64,000 bases of DNA from assembly GCA_020833025.1 (NCBI GenBank), contig JAJHRB010000001.1, forward strand, positions 6,943 to 70,942. Reading direction: 5' to 3'. This document shows, piece after piece, positions 61,798-64,000 of this stretch. Source of the DNA: Thermoproteaceae archaeon (GTDB lineage: Archaea > Thermoproteota > Thermoprotei > Thermoproteales > Thermoproteaceae). Under the pieces are notes generated by a model that saw only the letters and a list, made by a program, of their open reading frames with translations, was not told the origin of the DNA and made no database searches. Each line of letters starts with the position of its first letter. Position 1 is the stretch's first letter. Position numbers and translations under genes: made by a program.

Positions 61798-62726
61798 TAA
61801 ACGCCCCGCCTGAAGAGGTACTTGTTCATTTCCGCAATGAAGTCTCTGGCAGCGCTGCCGCCCTCCTCTGCCGCCCTCATAACCTCACTCACGGGCAGCT
61901 CAACGCCTCTCTTCCTGAAGTAGCTCGCGATGTTATTGATGTCGCGCAGCAGAAGCCCTGCCGCGTTCTGGTGCCACACAGGCACCCACTGGGGCCAGTC
62001 AATGACGTAGCCGCGCTCGCCGACAATGACATTGTACGGGGACAGGTCTCCGTGTATTATGCCGGCGCGAAGCGCCGCCAGGAGGGTTGTCACAATGTCG
62101 TCGGCTATTCTCTTAAAGTCGCCGTCCGCCAGGCGGTGCAGCTCAACGCCGTTAATATATGACATGACAACGACATGCCTATTGTACGCGAGCGGCTCTG
62201 GCACGATCCCGCCCGCGTCGAAAATCTTCCTGAGAGCAAAGTACTCTGCAAGCGCAGAGAGTCTCGTCTCGTAAACCTGCTTTAGGTGCCTGAATTTGCG
62301 CACTCTGGACCTGAACGCCTTATCGTACCGGAACGCCGACGCGCCGCCTCTGTAAAACTTCAGGGCAACTTTGAAGCCGGACGGCATCTCGCCGGCGTAG
62401 ACGGCGGCCTCCTTGCCGACGCCAATGGGCGTTGGCGAGACTCTGACCACTCTCTGTCTGGCGCGCAGCGTGTGAAGAGCAAGAACGTCGTAGCCCGCCG
62501 CAGTGATCCTCCAGCCCAAATAGGCAGAGTGGCTCCGTCTCAGCAGCCCCAGAGCGTGCATCCTCCTAATGCTCTGCGCCACCTCCTCCCTCCTGCACCT
62601 ACTCCACCTCTCAATCAGCTCCTGCGGCACGTACTCGTAGTACTTGTGGCCCGCCTCGATCACTCTGAGAGTCCTAAGGTCCCTCTTTGTCAGCTTGCCG
62701 TAGGCCTCGACGACGTTTACAATCAC
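61797..62726 (-). CDS. rio2: RIO2-type Ser/Thr kinase
   Basis: N-terminal wHTH, IGVGKEA.V, IHGDLSPYNV, IDWPQW. Confidence 0.9.
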   Translation of the reverse strand: MIVNVVEAYGKLTKRDLRTLRVIEAGHKYYEYVPQELIERWSRCRREEVAQSIRRMHALGLLRRSHSAYLGWRITAAGYDVLALHTLRARQRVVRVSPTPIGVGKEAAVYAGEMPSGFKVALKFYRGGASAFRYDKAFRSRVRKFRHLKQVYETRLSALAEYFALRKIFDAGGIVPEPLAYNRHVVVMSYINGVELHRLADGDFKRIADDIVTTLLAALRAGIIHGDLSPYNVIVGERGYVIDWPQWVPVWHQNAAGLLLRDINNIASYFRKRGVELPVSEVMRAAEEGGSAARDFIAEMNKYLFRRGV

Positions 62727-62760
62727 TATGCACTAAAACGGCAGCACGGACTTAAACGTT

Positions 62761-63180
62761 ATGAGGAGAGTAGTAACGCTAATTTCAAGAGAGCAGGCCG
62801 TGACCGGCCACAGGTTCCGCGTGGTCGCGGTCCCCGCAGAGTGCAGGGCGTGCAAGCTTTACTCCGTGTGCATGGGCAGGCTGGCGCCAGGTCTCACGTA
62901 CAGGATAGTCAGTGTGAGGCAGTCAATGGGCCAGAGGTGCAGGATCTCCGGCAGCGAGATGGTTCCCGTTGTCGTCGAGCCGTGCCCGCTCGTCGGGCTT
63001 GTCCCGGCTCACAAGGCGCTCGAGGGGGTTATTGTCACGTTTGAGGGGGAGTGTGCAGGGTGCGAAGGGTGCCCCCTCGACGTGGTGAAGCCGGGCGCGA
63101 AGATAAAGATTCTCAAGCTGCTCGGGAGGGTTGAGTGCCGCGGGAGGCCCTTTGCCGTTGTTGAATTTTACGTCTTATGA
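62761..63180 (+). CDS. UPF0179 family protein
   Basis: VTLI, C..C.L..C.G.L, C..CP pattern. Confidence 0.8.
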   Translation: MRRVVTLISREQAVTGHRFRVVAVPAECRACKLYSVCMGRLAPGLTYRIVSVRQSMGQRCRISGSEMVPVVVEPCPLVGLVPAHKALEGVIVTFEGECAGCEGCPLDVVKPGAKIKILKLLGRVECRGRPFAVVEFYVL

Positions 63181-63367
63181 GCGCCCTCACCCTGAGGATT
63201 AAGTAGTGCAGCGGCCTCTCAAGACCCCTCTCCCTGGCCTCCTTGACTGTATCCCTCAGCGCGGCCTTCGCCTCCTCAACCCTGCCCTCTCGGGCCAGCC
63301 TCTCTGCCTCCCTCAGGCGCACGATCAATCTTGCCGCGGCTTCTGCCAGCTCTCCGGCCTCGGCCAC
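63113..63367 (-). CDS. Small hypothetical helical protein
   Basis: GTG at 63367 fits TATA spacing; amphipathic helices; overlaps the UPF0179 3' end. Confidence 0.55.
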   Translation of the reverse strand: MAEAGELAEAAARLIVRLREAERLAREGRVEEAKAALRDTVKEARERGLERPLHYLILRVRALIRRKIQQRQRASRGTQPSRAA

Positions 63368-63587
63368 GCGGCCATCGCCGCAGCGCATTTTAAGCTTTTA
63401 ACCCCGCCAGCGCCTTCGCGGCGTGCGCGGGCTCTACAGAGGCATTGACATGCCCGGAGGTCTCTGGCACGCCTGCGGACCCGCAGACGGCCTCAGAGGG
63501 CGCCCAGCAGCGACTGGGCGGCCCGCCGCCGCGCTGACAAGGCGCGAGCGCCGGAAGGGGACCAAAGAATGCTGAAGGCGCTAGGCA

Positions 63588-64000
63588 ATGGATAGGGCTG
63601 CCGTTTACATCAGGAACCTTGAGGGCGCGCTGAATACCCTGGTGCTCAAGGACAGAGCGTGCAAGCACGTCGTGGACCTCGTGCGCGCGTACCTCAAGGA
63701 TTCCAAGTACTACTACTCAGTCGGTGACATTGAGACCGCAATAGCTACCGCGTCTTACGCGGAGGGACTGCTGGACGCCCTGAGATTAATAGGCGCCGCG
63801 AGCTTTGAGTGGAGGAGGCCCAGCGAGATAAAGAACGTGAGATCAGTCATGGTCGCCGGGACGTTTGAGATACTGCACCCCGGCCATCTCGCCTACCTCA
63901 GAGAGGCATGGAAGCTGGGCTACGTCACTGCAGTCGTGTCGTCGGACGAGAACGCGGCGAGGTTCAAGGGGCGTAAAATTGCAATCCCGCAGAGCCAGAG
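63588..64000 (+). CDS. DUF357 fused to a RibL-like cytidylyltransferase, 3' truncated by the window
   Basis: Manual translation: AYLKDSKYY..GD..A...YAEGLLDALR (DUF357), then VAGTFEILHPGH (HxGH). Confidence 0.8.
   Translation, partial: MDRAAVYIRNLEGALNTLVLKDRACKHVVDLVRAYLKDSKYYYSVGDIETAIATASYAEGLLDALRLIGAASFEWRRPSEIKNVRSVMVAGTFEILHPGHLAYLREAWKLGYVTAVVSSDENAARFKGRKIAIPQSQ

Overview
This is a GC-rich, gene-dense archaeal chromosomal window of Thermoproteales type (Pyrobaculum/Thermoproteus-like). The evidence is the crenactin/arcadin cluster, a crenarchaeal tRNA splicing endonuclease, and mostly leaderless TATA-to-start spacing. It holds about 70 CDS. Four amino-acid biosynthesis units are present: lysX-like/argC/argB, thrC/aspartokinase, argG, and tktN/tktC/aroB/aroA. 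The rest includes tyrS, glyS, FBPase, Hel308, RNase Z, KsgA, a PINA-type ATPase, the Arcade cluster, radA, A-type ATPase F/E/A, the RNA polymerase/ribosomal cluster, SAM synthetase and RIO2. There are also IS200/IS605 remnants and several structured intergenic elements. No rRNA, tRNA or CRISPR array was recognised. Main finding: the first gene of all four amino-acid biosynthesis units has a promoter-positioned AUG that is out of frame with the enzyme ORF. Each short 0-frame uORF contains an NNG-GGG slippery site, and a -1 shift there restores the full protein. The codon right after the site is Thr in thrC, Arg in argG, Tyr and (at a second site) Phe in the aromatic operon, and Pro in the LysW/ornithine-type operon. 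This suggests amino-acid-sensing 'hungry codon' -1 ribosomal frameshifting as a translational switch. The mechanism is inference and needs read-level, comparative and experimental checks.
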